From a virus (lineage: Duplodnaviria; Caudoviricetes), in the IMG/VR virus record IMGVR_UViG_3300010429_001449: DNA of 64,000 bases; one strand, written 5' to 3'. Shown piece by piece: positions 17,562 through 28,193 of the stretch. Both the position numbers and the translations under genes were made by a program. Each line of letters begins with the position of its first letter. Position 1 is the stretch's first letter. The notes beneath the pieces were generated by a model. It was given only the letters and a program-made list of their open reading frames with translations, was not told the DNA's origin and did not search any database.

Positions 17562-17910
17562 GCGCCCTACTATTAGGCGACTGGGGAGTAGTAGCTGGCC
17601 GGACATTAAACTGATCGAACGACACCGAAAGGAAAGAACAGAACCTCGCCGCGCCAATTCATCTTGTCGCCCAAGCGACGCCAACGAAAAGACAGCAGGC
17701 TGTTGCTGGCGCTTTTCGTAGTGCCGTTCTTGCGGCGCAGCGTGTTTATCGTCAGAAAGTCGAAGCCGTCCATTCCGGAGGAATCACCGCCAAGCCGGAA
17801 CGAGAACAAGCTGAGTGTTACCGCAACCATCGGCGACCTTCCTTTTCGCTAATGAAGCTTGACTTCCCACAGCGCTTTCGACAACGTTCTCGACAAACGA
17901 GAGAGAATCA

Positions 17911-18264
17911 CTATGACTCTGCGTCCTGGTCTGTCTCCTCCCACGCGGGCGGACCTTCGGACAAACCGCAGTAGGAATTCAGACCTATGACGGAGATGAG
18001 TTGATTCGCCAAACGCAAATCGGCGTCTTCCAAGTTCTTCTTTTCGCGCACGTAATTCGTCAGTGCCCATACGGTGTTCATTTGTCGCCATGTCAATGTG
18101 TGGCGGTAGTACCGAACCACGCATTGCAATACGCAGATCAAATCTCCAAAATTGTCCTCGCGGGAACGCCTTTGCTCCCACAAAACGGTCAGTTCTTCGT
18201 CCAGTTTGCGCCAATTCTCTGGATTGTTCGGCGCGTCTTGTAGCTCGTCCGGTAGCTCAGACAT
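17911..18264 (-). CDS. Hypothetical protein
   Basis: MSELPDE ORF in a run of short overlapping genes (17911-18938). Confidence 0.5.
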   Translation of the reverse strand: MSELPDELQDAPNNPENWRKLDEELTVLWEQRRSREDNFGDLICVLQCVVRYYRHTLTWRQMNTVWALTNYVREKKNLEDADLRLANQLISVIGLNSYCGLSEGPPAWEETDQDAES

Positions 18265-18977
18265 ACCTACGCAACCCCGATACGTAAGCCAGTTTGCGCA
18301 CAAAGCCTATCGGCTGCGTTTCCAGAATCCTGCCGTCTATCGATACGCCTCCGCTTTTCAGCAGCGTGACAGAATCAATGCGCATTTCGGTGATTTCATT
18401 CTGCCGCGTCCAGAGGAAACGCCATTTCTCGCGCAGCGTCATGGACTCGACAGAGCGATTCATCTCAGCCAAGACGGTTGACCTCATCGTTGGGTATCGG
18501 TCCGTAAATTCCGCAGGTCTTGAATGCTGTCTCTTTCGAGATGAGCGTGATCGAGAATGGTTGTCCGAAAGATTCAATGTCTGCGTGCCAGCGCATTACG
18601 TGCCCCGTCACAAGGCCGCCGAGATGTTGCTTGTCCAGAACAAGATAATCACTATGATCTATCAAAGGAGACTCGACTGTGAGGCGCGGGAGTTGCATAT
18701 TAATCTACTCGAAGTCGCGCTGATGCGCCTTCAGCGCACGAATAAGGGCGGACAGGAACCGCCGAGCCGTGTTCTTCTGGTACATCAGATGTACCATCTC
18801 GATCAGCGCCTCGGCGGTTGCCTGTCCCGCCCGTTCTGCGCGTCCTTCTTTATTCCGCCTCGTTGTCAAAGAACCCAAGGCGCAGGTGGGAGAAGGCTTG
18901 TGGCCTGTGTCTGCGCTGGCTTCGTCTTGTAGACTCACCTACCACAGTCTCCCATTCGTCTGCGCCTGTTTTCAACT

Positions 18978-19053
18978 TGGTACCCTAGAGGGGATTCAAA
19001 CCCCTGCGCTCCAGCGTGAAAGGCTGGCGACCTAATCGCTAGTCCACTAGGGC
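18978..19053 (-). tRNA. tRNA-Glu(TTC)
   Basis: CCAGC-CTTTCAC-GCTGG; T-loop TTTGAAT; ACCA. Confidence 0.88.
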
Positions 19054-19065
19054 GTCACTGTTCCT

Positions 19066-19093
19066 AGTATAACGGAATCCCTCAGAATGTCAA
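19066..19093 (-). promoter_or_regulatory. Promoter TTGACA-N16-TATACT
   Basis: Motif family copy. Confidence 0.8.
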
Positions 19094-19109
19094 GAGGGAT
19101 TTTCCGAAA

Positions 19110-19904
19110 TTACAGCCAAGTCGGCTTGGCAGAAGATGGCTTGGCCGTCTTCTTTTCGGGCTTCTTGGCTTTGCCGGTCAGCGCATCAACGACGGCCTGA
19201 GCATCATCCGGCAGAAGTGCCTCGCCCTGAGCAACAAATGTCTTGCTTTGCTGTGGCGCGGACGGGTCGTTGGAAACAACCGTGTTGCTCAAGCCACGGC
19301 TTGCCGAAGAGCGGTCGCCGCCCATACGGAAGCAGCACGCCGCCACGCTCGCGCCAGCGAAAGCGCTGCTTACACCCTTGCTAGTCGCGGCGAATGTCGC
19401 GGCCAGATCGCGCTTCGCGCCAAGCTTTTCGGCTTCCTCGAAGGCGTTCTGGTTCGCGCCGAGATAGATGAATTTCCAGTTGTACGTCCCTTCCTGAGTC
19501 TGGATCATCTGCTTCACGCGATCCCGCGTGTATTCGCTGCTGGAGTTCTCCTGGCCGTCCGTCAAGATGAAAAAGATCACCTGACTGGGCCGCTGTTCTT
19601 CCGGTGTCTTGTCCAGACGCTGCCCGACCTCATCGATGGTTTTGCCGACAGCATCCAGCAAAGCCGTCATGCCGCTCGGCACGTAGTCATCATCCTTTAT
19701 GACTACGTTCTGAATGTCCGCGCCGTCCAGCCTCTTGTCGAACTGCGTGTCGAAGAATGTAAGCGTGAGCTTCGCTTGACCCACGCACTTCTTCTGATCT
19801 TCGACGAACTGACGAAGGCCGCTCCGGGCCTCGACGATAACGTCATTCATCGAACCGCTCTTGTCCACGACACCTACGATTTCAGTGAGATTCGGGTTGG
19901 TCAT
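19110..19904 (-). CDS. vWA domain protein
   Basis: MIDAS motif VVDKSGSM; GMTALLDAVG; ILTDGQENSS; FIYLGANQ. Confidence 0.9.
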   Translation of the reverse strand: MTNPNLTEIVGVVDKSGSMNDVIVEARSGLRQFVEDQKKCVGQAKLTLTFFDTQFDKRLDGADIQNVVIKDDDYVPSGMTALLDAVGKTIDEVGQRLDKTPEEQRPSQVIFFILTDGQENSSSEYTRDRVKQMIQTQEGTYNWKFIYLGANQNAFEEAEKLGAKRDLAATFAATSKGVSSAFAGASVAACCFRMGGDRSSASRGLSNTVVSNDPSAPQQSKTFVAQGEALLPDDAQAVVDALTGKAKKPEKKTAKPSSAKPTWL

Positions 19905-20151
19905 CTTTTTTCCCTTTCTGGTAAGACCAATTTGCGAAACGACTGTTTGGCGCAGACTTAACGTCTTGCGCTTCAGTTTGCCGGGAAGCTGAACCGTCAC
20001 CGGACATTGTTACCTGAAACGACGTTCGGGCATCGATGTGCTCATCCAACAACCTCCGAACTACCTCAGACTTAGGGACGCCAAGCCTGTCGCACTCGCC
20101 TTTGATGAACTCAGTCTGTCGTCCCGTGAGCGTAATCAACCACTTCTCCAT
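19882..20151 (-). CDS. Ribbon-helix-helix (CopG-like) protein
   Basis: ITLT...CDRLGVPKSEVVRRLLD. Confidence 0.65.
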   Translation of the reverse strand: MEKWLITLTGRQTEFIKGECDRLGVPKSEVVRRLLDEHIDARTSFQVTMSGDGSASRQTEAQDVKSAPNSRFANWSYQKGKKDDQPESH

Positions 20152-20193
20152 CGCTGATCTCCTTCCTACCTGTAGATATCTACTGATATCTAT

Positions 20194-20221
20194 AGTATAA
20201 CACTGGATATCCATTTGTCAA
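20194..20221 (-). promoter_or_regulatory. Promoter TTGACA-N16-TATACT
   Basis: Motif family copy. Confidence 0.8.
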
Positions 20222-20253
20222 GTGATTTCCGGGAATTTTCATGAAAATCTACC

Positions 20254-21530
20254 TGACTTCTCCCACGACTGAAGTCGTGGGGTTCTCAGGAAAACGTTGC
20301 TGTTGCATCGCTTAACTCCTGAAGGCCCTGTCCGGGCCGCAAAGACAGTCCCGCCGCTAAAATGTTCTTGGCGGCATTAATGTCTCGACAATCTGTGTAC
20401 CCGCAAAAAGGACATCGATGCGTTCTCGTTGATAACGACTTCTGAACCATCTCTCCGCACGAGCTACATCTCTGACTCGTGTACGCGGGATTAACTCGTA
20501 TCAACTCGCGCCCAGCACCTTCCGCCTTGTACGCGAGCATTCCTACAAGCATCCCCCACGAAGCGTCAGTTATCGCCTGCGCGAAGCAATGATTCCGCAC
20601 CAGTCCCTTAATATTCAAGTCCTCTACAACAATCACGCCGTTTTCGTTGACGTAATGACGTGAGACTTTGTGAAGATGATCTTTCCGTCTGTTTGAAAGG
20701 CGTTCGTGGTGTCGAGCAAGAGTACGGACAGCCTTTCGTCTTCGGTTGCTCCCTTTGGTTCTTCTTGCAACTCTCCGTTGAAGCCTCCGCAACTTCTTCA
20801 AACCGCTCTTGAGATTGTGAGGATTCTCAGTATGGTTCCCATCCGAGTCCGTGACGAGGTATAGTAATCCTACGTCCAATCCCACGGCTTTATCCGTTGC
20901 GGGAAGAACGTCGTCTGGAAGCTCCGTTATGCACTGAACGTACCAGCCGCTCGGACGTTTGACGATCCTTGCTCTTTGAAACTTACCAGGAACAGGACGA
21001 TCTGGTTGCACCAACTTGATGTTACCAAGCTGTCTTCCACCCTTGAACACGTCGTCTTCTACCCGCTGTGTTCCGTCTCGAAACTCGAAGGAACTCCAAG
21101 AACGGTACGACTTGAATCGAGGTCTTCCAACCTTCTTCCCCGCTTTATGCCCTTCAAAGAAGAACTTGTAGGAGCGGTGAAGCCGCTGGAGGGTCGTATC
21201 TACAACCACGGCGGGAAGATCAGGCCATCTAGCCTTTCCGTGAGTCTTATCTTGCGTGAAATACGGAAGGTACTTTCCCGTCTGTTGGAAATGATCAATA
21301 AGCTCCTGAAGCGCAGCGTTGTACACCTGTCTTGATCCGTCCAGGAAGGACTGGAGCAGTGTTTCCTGCCTCTTGTTTGGCCTCAGTTTGTATTCTACTG
21401 TCCTTATCATCTCACTTCATTCTAGCAGGCATTTGACTATAAGGCAAGAGAAATTCCCAGATTTTCAGAGAATTTTTCTCACGTCGCCCTAACCCACGGC
21501 TAAAGCCCGTGGGCTTGCGGGCGACTTCGG
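20254..21530 (-). mobile_element. IS200/IS605-family element, tnpB only
   Basis: Subterminal hairpins CCCACGACTTCAGTCGTGGG (right end) and CCCACGG-GCTTTAG-CCGTGGG (left end); ends approximate. Confidence 0.8.
20286..21410 (-). CDS. tnpB: RNA-guided endonuclease TnpB
   Basis: RuvC GLDVG / VVEDL / RDINAAKNI; CSSC...CPFC zinc finger. Confidence 0.95.
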   Translation of the reverse strand: MIRTVEYKLRPNKRQETLLQSFLDGSRQVYNAALQELIDHFQQTGKYLPYFTQDKTHGKARWPDLPAVVVDTTLQRLHRSYKFFFEGHKAGKKVGRPRFKSYRSWSSFEFRDGTQRVEDDVFKGGRQLGNIKLVQPDRPVPGKFQRARIVKRPSGWYVQCITELPDDVLPATDKAVGLDVGLLYLVTDSDGNHTENPHNLKSGLKKLRRLQRRVARRTKGSNRRRKAVRTLARHHERLSNRRKDHLHKVSRHYVNENGVIVVEDLNIKGLVRNHCFAQAITDASWGMLVGMLAYKAEGAGRELIRVNPAYTSQRCSSCGEMVQKSLSTRTHRCPFCGYTDCRDINAAKNILAAGLSLRPGQGLQELSDATATFS

Positions 21531-21740
21531 ATCGTCACCGGGATGGTTAGGCCGTTGTAGATGTCCGTTATGAGTTTCCACGGGATCGTCTTGATAGGGC
21601 CTTCGCCGCACTGCATTGTAAGACCTTCTTGCGAAGCAACGAGCTTGTACTTCATTGAGCCAACGAAAAGCATTCCGATTGGCGTTACGTTATTGTCGGG
21701 CGGATCGGCAGGCGCGGTCTTTTTCTCGCATAAAGCCACG

Positions 21741-22316
21741 TTAAGTCTCCTTTAGCCACGGGCCTCCGAAAGCCAAATCGATGATGGCTCCGTGCTCCAC
21801 GAATACGCGGCGGAAACCAAAGATGTTGCTGCCCCAGTAGATTAGTGCGCAGGCCATTGGAGCGCCCTTTTTCATCTCCGCGCCGCCAGACCAGAACTTC
21901 ACGCGGGTGTCCGACAAGAAACAAACGGCGCGGGCGCAAGGAAACACGAAGTTTTTCCAATGCGCTGTGTTCGTTGCGACAGGAACAAGCGCGATGATTT
22001 CGGAACGATGTTCGTCGTTTGCTACTGCGCAGCGGCGCAACCAATCCCGCACGTGCGTCCCGCGTTCCCGGTCGTAGCCGTAGGGCGGATTGACGTAGAT
22101 CGTTTTGAAGTTCCACGAGAGCGACAGCCCGTCTTGTTCTGGAAGACGGTATTCCGTTTCCGCGCCCACGGTAGAAAAGACGCAGGAGCAGGGATCGAGC
22201 AGTATCCTGCCGCCGAAGAATTGCCGCACGGACGCAACGTACTTTGGCGGAGTACACCAATGCTTGTTCAGGGACGTGGTTTGTCTACCGGCGGTCATAT
22301 TATACTCCATCGCCAA
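21741..22316 (-). CDS. DNA N6-adenine methyltransferase (phage Dam-like)
   Basis: HWCTP...LDPC...YVNPPYG...LVPVATNT. Confidence 0.8.
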   Translation of the reverse strand: MAMEYNMTAGRQTTSLNKHWCTPPKYVASVRQFFGGRILLDPCSCVFSTVGAETEYRLPEQDGLSLSWNFKTIYVNPPYGYDRERGTHVRDWLRRCAVANDEHRSEIIALVPVATNTAHWKNFVFPCARAVCFLSDTRVKFWSGGAEMKKGAPMACALIYWGSNIFGFRRVFVEHGAIIDLAFGGPWLKET

Positions 22317-23250
22317 AGAGCACGATTGCGGCGACGCCTGTTTCGCGCAGGATGCGCTCGCGGGCCTCTTCTGCAGTCGCTCGATTCAACTCTACGCCCA
22401 AGAATCGCCTGTTTAATCGAAGGGCGGCGATGGCTGTCGTTGCCGCGCCGCAAAACGGATCAAAGACCAGATCGCCCTCTCTGGTGGCCGCTTTGATGCA
22501 CTTGGTAGGCAAATCAACGGGGAAGGGCGCGACATGCGCCCCCCTATAAGGCTTCGTGGCCATCGTCCACACGTTTCTGCTGTTCTTTCGCCCGCCGGGC
22601 AACGTCGTATGATTCTCCCCGACGAAGGCGTAGTTGGCAACATTCGCTTTGTTTGGATGCTTCCGATGCGTCCCCCACGAAGTCGCTTTGCGAGCGTGCT
22701 GCTCTGCGTAGATGGCTTTCTCCGAAATAGCCATGTAGTCGTAATAGTACTGGGCGGCTTTCGACAGAAGAAAGACGTGCTCGTAGGCTTGAGTAGGACG
22801 GTTCTTAACACTTTCTGGGGTCGGATTCGGTTTGTGCCACACTACCGAGGACCGCAGGAACCAACCGTCCGCCCGCAACGCCTGTGCAACCAGCCAGGGA
22901 ATACCTACTAGGTCTTTCGCTTTGATTCCGCCCGGAAGCCGTTTCTTAGCGTACGTGTCTCCGACATTCAACCAGAACGTTCCGTCGTCTTTCAGCGAGC
23001 AACGAAACGCGGCGGCGCACTCCGCGATGCTTGTCGCATACTCTTGCGGGGACGCTTCTTGCCCTAATTGAGACGCGCTACCGTAGTCGCGGTGCGTCCA
23101 GTACGGAGGCGACGTAACAACGCATTGAGCAATGCCCGCAGGTAGCGTCGGTCCTACAACGCGAATGTCTCCGACTACAACGCAGCAGGGCGTCGCGGAC
23201 AGGTCGGTTATAGCAAACAAATCCTTGATCGTACTACCTTGGATCAGCAT
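22300..23250 (-). CDS. N4/N6 DNA methyltransferase
   Basis: VTSPPY; WHKPNP.PESV; HVAPFP; DPFCGAATT. Confidence 0.9.
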   Translation of the reverse strand: MLIQGSTIKDLFAITDLSATPCCVVVGDIRVVGPTLPAGIAQCVVTSPPYWTHRDYGSASQLGQEASPQEYATSIAECAAAFRCSLKDDGTFWLNVGDTYAKKRLPGGIKAKDLVGIPWLVAQALRADGWFLRSSVVWHKPNPTPESVKNRPTQAYEHVFLLSKAAQYYYDYMAISEKAIYAEQHARKATSWGTHRKHPNKANVANYAFVGENHTTLPGGRKNSRNVWTMATKPYRGAHVAPFPVDLPTKCIKAATREGDLVFDPFCGAATTAIAALRLNRRFLGVELNRATAEEARERILRETGVAAIVLFGDGV

Positions 23251-24100
23251 CTGTTTCTTCTCCCAACCCTTCTGCCGCAAGACGCGCACGAGCAACGTCT
23301 ACGTAAAACTGTTCTTTATCAATACCAACCGCACGTCGGCCAAGTTTCCGCGCCGCCAGCAACGTTGTACCGCTGCCCGCAAAGGGATCGAGCACAACGT
23401 CTCCTGACCGCGTAAACAAGCGAATGAACCAAGCGGGGAGCGACTCCGGAAACGCAGCGCTGTGACCTACATTCTTCGTCTCAGCGGCTAGATGAAGCAC
23501 GTTCGTGGGGTAAACCAATGATCTTCCGCACCAGTTATCCACTTTCTTGCCAAAACCACTGCCTACACGAGACTCGTCTCGGCGTTTATCAACTTCGCTG
23601 AGCGATTTCAGGCGGGCGTCGGCCCACTCCCCGACAGGCTCCATCACAGCGTCTTGGTACATGGCAAATTCGCGCTGTTTGTTGAACTGCAAACATCGCT
23701 CCCACGCATCGCGGAAACGATTGGGCCACTTGCCGGGATAACAGCTACGCTTGTGCCAGACGAATTCTTCCGTCCACAACCAACCCTGTTTCCTCAGCGC
23801 GAGGATCAGTTCCAGCACATAAGGATGCCGCTCGCCATTAATGGCTTTCTCTTTGATGTTCAAGATGAATGTGCCTGTCGGAGACAGAACGCGCAAGAAT
23901 TGTTCGCTCTTGGGCAAGAACCAAGCTACGTAGTCGTCAGGACGGACGCCCCCGTACGTGCGTTTTCTTGCGTCGGCGTAGGGCGGCGAAGTCATTATCA
24001 ACGAATAGACGCCGTCAGAGTGCGCTCTCAACACCGACTCACAATCGCCGCAATAGAGTTTAGCTGCTGCCACGCGATTCTCCTGCCTCCAAACAAACAA
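23234..24100 (-). CDS. N4/N6 DNA methyltransferase
   Basis: TSPPY; HSAAFP; DPFAGSGTT. Confidence 0.92.
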   Translation of the reverse strand: MFVWRQENRVAAAKLYCGDCESVLRAHSDGVYSLIMTSPPYADARKRTYGGVRPDDYVAWFLPKSEQFLRVLSPTGTFILNIKEKAINGERHPYVLELILALRKQGWLWTEEFVWHKRSCYPGKWPNRFRDAWERCLQFNKQREFAMYQDAVMEPVGEWADARLKSLSEVDKRRDESRVGSGFGKKVDNWCGRSLVYPTNVLHLAAETKNVGHSAAFPESLPAWFIRLFTRSGDVVLDPFAGSGTTLLAARKLGRRAVGIDKEQFYVDVARARLAAEGLGEETDADPR

Positions 24101-24391
24101 TACTATTCCAACGAATCAAAGCATTCCGGTTCCGACGGCGGCGTTAAGACAAGAGCGCGACTCAGGAGAGCGTCTTTAACACACTTAGGACAGAGAAGCC
24201 GCCCGTCGGAGGTTTCCGCCCATCCCTCCCGAGCCATGTGTTCCGCCATAGCCCATGCAGTGCCGCCCACCCAATGCTCACGATCACCGGAATGGGAAGG
24301 CTTATTGCTGCAAGACGCGAGGTAGTGACCGTCCTTATCACGGACGTGCTTGTGCAAGTGTTTGCCGAGAAGAGTCTGGTTGTTCACCGCG

Positions 24392-24970
24392 TTACCCGTT
24401 CATACACATCGCTATGCCGACACCGTTGTCAAAGCGGAACCAAAGAACTTCGTTTTGCACTATGCGCCACTGCACGACGCCGAGGGCGTTCAAGAACGAA
24501 ACAATGCGCCCGGCGAACTTGATGCCTTTAATGCGTCTCGACGGCCCCATCGAATCCTTACCGCTGCCGCCACAACCAGAGCAAGACGCCTCGCCTGAAC
24601 CGACGTAACCGTCGCCGTTGCAACGCTTACATTCAATCTCTTGTCCGCATTCGGGGCATTCGTCGTCGCCTGTACCATCGCAGTCCGGACACCCCACACG
24701 ACCTTCGCCTGTACCATCGCAGACCCCGCAATCATCGGCGGTATCGGTGTCGGAGATTTCCCAGGGGATATTGCCGGGCGTCGCGTCGTTACCATCGTCG
24801 TGCTTGGCAAGCATCCTCTTCATGTCTTGCTTCGTGAGACGGGACGACTGCAACAGCGCAACGGGCGTATCTAGGCGGACAAGCCACGTTCCGTCTGTTA
24901 TGAACGTTCCGTCACTGTACAGCAAGACTCCATCACGAGCGTACTTGATCCAATCGAAAGACATGAGCAT
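24392..24970 (-). CDS. Protein with DnaJ-type CxxCxGxG zinc repeats
   Basis: CGVCDGTG, CPDCDGTG, CKRCNGDG, CSGCGGSG. Confidence 0.7.
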   Translation of the reverse strand: MLMSFDWIKYARDGVLLYSDGTFITDGTWLVRLDTPVALLQSSRLTKQDMKRMLAKHDDGNDATPGNIPWEISDTDTADDCGVCDGTGEGRVGCPDCDGTGDDECPECGQEIECKRCNGDGYVGSGEASCSGCGGSGKDSMGPSRRIKGIKFAGRIVSFLNALGVVQWRIVQNEVLWFRFDNGVGIAMCMNG

Positions 24971-25383
24971 CTCCTATCCCGAACAACCACAATCGAAACA
25001 ACAAGGTTTCTTCCCGCCGCCAGCGCGGATTGCCCGTCCGCCGGTCAACCGACCGCAGCCGTAACACGGGCGCAAGTGCGCTATCCAACGAAAGAACGCG
25101 ACAACCTTGCGCCAACCTACAGGCTTTTGGGCGTAAAACGACATTACTTCTGAGAAGGTCTCCGCCATTATGCGCACGGACGCCCGTCCTTCCCCGATTG
25201 CTGTTGAAGCGAAGCAACAAATCTTTGACACTGCCGAAGCGCCGAATCAACGGCGCAATACTCGCATGGTACCATTCCCACCGAAGCATCACATCGGCAG
25301 TATTCCTTACGGAACTCAAGCCCGCCGCCATTGTTGGCGCGGATCGCCAAATCAATCGCGTCCAGTAAGCGGTCTAGCATGAC

Positions 25384-25860
25384 TCAAAACTCCTTCTCGA
25401 ACCAGACGTGTGCGCCGCCACTCTTGCAGCCGAACTTTCTTACCCAACCGACCAATCGCTCCTTGTCTGCGGCAACGACAGCGGAAAAGTACCATGCACC
25501 TCTATCTCTGAGAATATTCTCGAACGTCGTCAACAAGCTGTGGCCAAGGTTTCTGCCCCGATACTCAGGACGAACAAACAGCCCGTCCAGATAGGCCCAC
25601 GCGCAAGAGATTCTCTTGGCAAACAGAAATCCCACACGCTCAACCTTGTCGCTGCCTTCTTCGTAATTGTAAACAATCAGGACGATGTTGTTTGCTCTGT
25701 CCCGAACCCATTCCTCAACTTCCTCTCGAAGGTACCAACGGACCTTTTCATCTCCTCCGAAGTCAGGATGCCTGTTCATCTCCAGAATCGCGTCCACGTC
25801 AGCACCGTCACCTGCACAAGTTATGAGGAAGCGCGGCTCAGACATACGTAACCTCGTCAT
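25384..25860 (-). CDS. GNAT family acetyltransferase
   Basis: LFVRPEYRGRNLGHSLL (motif A). Confidence 0.85.
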   Translation of the reverse strand: MTRLRMSEPRFLITCAGDGADVDAILEMNRHPDFGGDEKVRWYLREEVEEWVRDRANNIVLIVYNYEEGSDKVERVGFLFAKRISCAWAYLDGLFVRPEYRGRNLGHSLLTTFENILRDRGAWYFSAVVAADKERLVGWVRKFGCKSGGAHVWFEKEF

Positions 25861-26131
25861 CCTGACCTGCCTCTTTTACGGCGCGGTCGAGCAGTTCGCG
25901 TATGGTGGCGGTCGTCATTGTTTTGCTCCTGCGTGTACGGATGCCAGATCAATTGAGAGCTTTAGCATCTCTCCGAGACCCGCCGTGACCAGCGACGTGA
26001 AATGTTGTCGGAGCAACGCGGCGTGTTTCGGACAAAACCAGATTCGGCGAGGCGAATCAACAACGGTCATCCATCCGGCAGCCAGTCCGGCATCGTCTGA
26101 GAACGACTCGGAGCATCCATCGACACAGCAT

Positions 26132-26665
26132 TTAACTTGCATCGTCGTCTCCCTTGTAATCATCTCCCACAGGGTAGATCACCGCACGATCAGAACAAAC
26201 CAGAGGTTGCACAACTGTATCAGGAACATCGCGCTGAACGCAGTATATGAAAACAGATTGGCGTTCACTCGCCACAGTCATAAAAACAGACCTCACAAGA
26301 CCGACATTTTTATCCGGCCACATCACTGTAACCGAGTAATGCTGTCCACATATGTGATATTCTGTACACGGACAGAACTTTACGTGCCACGGAACTCCCT
26401 TTGCCGTAAGCTTATTGTGGCGGTAATCGACAGGTTCCAGCGATCTTTCCCTGAACGCCATTACCAGAGCGCTCTTGATACTGTCTGCATAAGCCTCCGT
26501 AGGCGCAATGACTAAAACAGATTGGCCCCGACGCTGTATGATATCAATAAGCAAAGACGGAAGAAGCGAGTCGTCCCGAAGGAGAACAGTACAATCTGAC
26601 GCCAGAATGAATTCCCTGAGAGCGGTATTCAAAGCAGCCGTACTGCCTATCGAAAAAGTCGGCAT
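26132..26665 (-). CDS. Hypothetical protein
   Basis: 177-aa ORF. Confidence 0.5.
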   Translation of the reverse strand: MPTFSIGSTAALNTALREFILASDCTVLLRDDSLLPSLLIDIIQRRGQSVLVIAPTEAYADSIKSALVMAFRERSLEPVDYRHNKLTAKGVPWHVKFCPCTEYHICGQHYSVTVMWPDKNVGLVRSVFMTVASERQSVFIYCVQRDVPDTVVQPLVCSDRAVIYPVGDDYKGDDDAS

Positions 26666-27647
26666 TATTTTTGCCTTCAGAAAAGGTTTCCCTGTGAGTC
26701 AACCAGCCCTTCGTAGCCGCAATCCTCACACTTCGCGTGGACACTGCAACCATCGAAGCCGATCTCTCTTATCCGCATATGCCAACCGATCCGGCAACGC
26801 AGCTTCTTCGGGAGCAGCCACGGAAGAATTACGACGCCAACAGCGACAAGCACGAACAAAATCAAAAACAGGATCGGATTAATCATCAGTTACTCCTGCT
26901 ACTCCGCCGAACGCGAGAGAATCCACGGGATGTACCACTTATCCCAGTAGTACCTGAGAAGAAAAGCCAGCGTACCGACCAGCAACATCAGCAGCAAAAC
27001 CACAAGCTGTTCCTTCCATGAAGGTTTCTTCGTCGGCATAAGTGTCTCCTGAAAAAGGCGGCTGGACGGGACTTACGTTTCCCATCTTGGGCAGTAGCGA
27101 GCATCTTGTACCCTGGCCGTCGTTCGCTCATTACCGGAGCGTGCCCGTAGCCATCCCGGTCCGCCGGGCCGCAGCCGCCAGAATTGCTCAAGAGTTCGCA
27201 ATCTTCACTGCGAGCTTGACAATGGTATCCTCTAGCTGCCGGACGCGGCGATCCGCGTCTTCCGCAGCAGCGCACAGCTTGTCCGTGTCCTCCTTCTGAC
27301 GGGCGTAGCATTGCGCAAGTTGCGCGGCGGCGCTTTCGGCATCGTGCAGCTTGCCTTCCAGCAACGTCACTTCGTGCGCCAGCTTGTTAAGCTCAATTAG
27401 GCCGATCCATCCTTGCTTCTTCTTGTTGGCGTCAACACGAGCCATCAACGCCTTGATAGCTTCTGTTGCAGAAGAAGGGGCAGCGAAGGATTGCTCCTTG
27501 CACCAACCCTTCTCCTCTAAAAAACGCGGATCGATTGAGGCCAAGATTTCTTCGTAGTTCATCATTTGTGCTGTTCCTGAAGATACGCCACTGCTGAAAA
27601 CATCGTTTTGATCTTCGCGGTTCATCGGCTCTCCCGCTCCGATCCCG

Positions 27648-27699
27648 TTAATTGTCAAACCAGAACACAATGCGGACGTTCTTAGACCCGCCACACTCG
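27648..27699. repeat. About 50-bp imperfect direct repeat of the 3' end of gene 28194-28742
   Basis: Both copies encode GG.KNVRIVFWFDN-stop; second copy at 28194-28245. Confidence 0.8.
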
Positions 27700-27740
27700 T
27701 ACGCACGGTCAGTCCGTTTTTCGATCTTTCGCCCGTCATC

Positions 27741-28178
27741 TCAGTGAATCCAAAACCCTCTCGACTTGACCAGCCATTCGGAGAACGCCCCGAACTTGTC
27801 CAGAAAATCCGTGCGCGTGACAACAAGCGGCCACTTTCGGACAGCGGTATCGTCCTGTGTTATCGGGCCGTCCGCCTGTTTTGAGGCTTGGGTTTGCTCT
27901 TTCAGAGCGCACTTTTGAATCCGAACAAAGTTCTTGATGAGCCGCGCCATGATACGCGCTTCTTCGGCACTGACGTAGAATCCGTCGTTCGTCATGATAG
28001 GAGGACACGAAGACGGGTCTTTTGTGCCCCAGCACGGATCGTTGAGCGCGTAAAACTCAACAGCCCCGAAGACGGCGGGCCACAGATAATTGCACGCTTG
28101 CAGTGCTACGGGAAAGGAAAACGCGCCCAAGTAGAAGCCGCCAGCGGCCTTGTTTCTCGGAACGAAATCATATCCCAC
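27741..28178 (-). CDS. Hypothetical protein
   Basis: 145-aa ORF between the direct repeats. Confidence 0.6.
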   Translation of the reverse strand: MGYDFVPRNKAAGGFYLGAFSFPVALQACNYLWPAVFGAVEFYALNDPCWGTKDPSSCPPIMTNDGFYVSAEEARIMARLIKNFVRIQKCALKEQTQASKQADGPITQDDTAVRKWPLVVTRTDFLDKFGAFSEWLVKSRGFWIH

Positions 28179-28193
28179 GGCAGAAGGCTCCTG

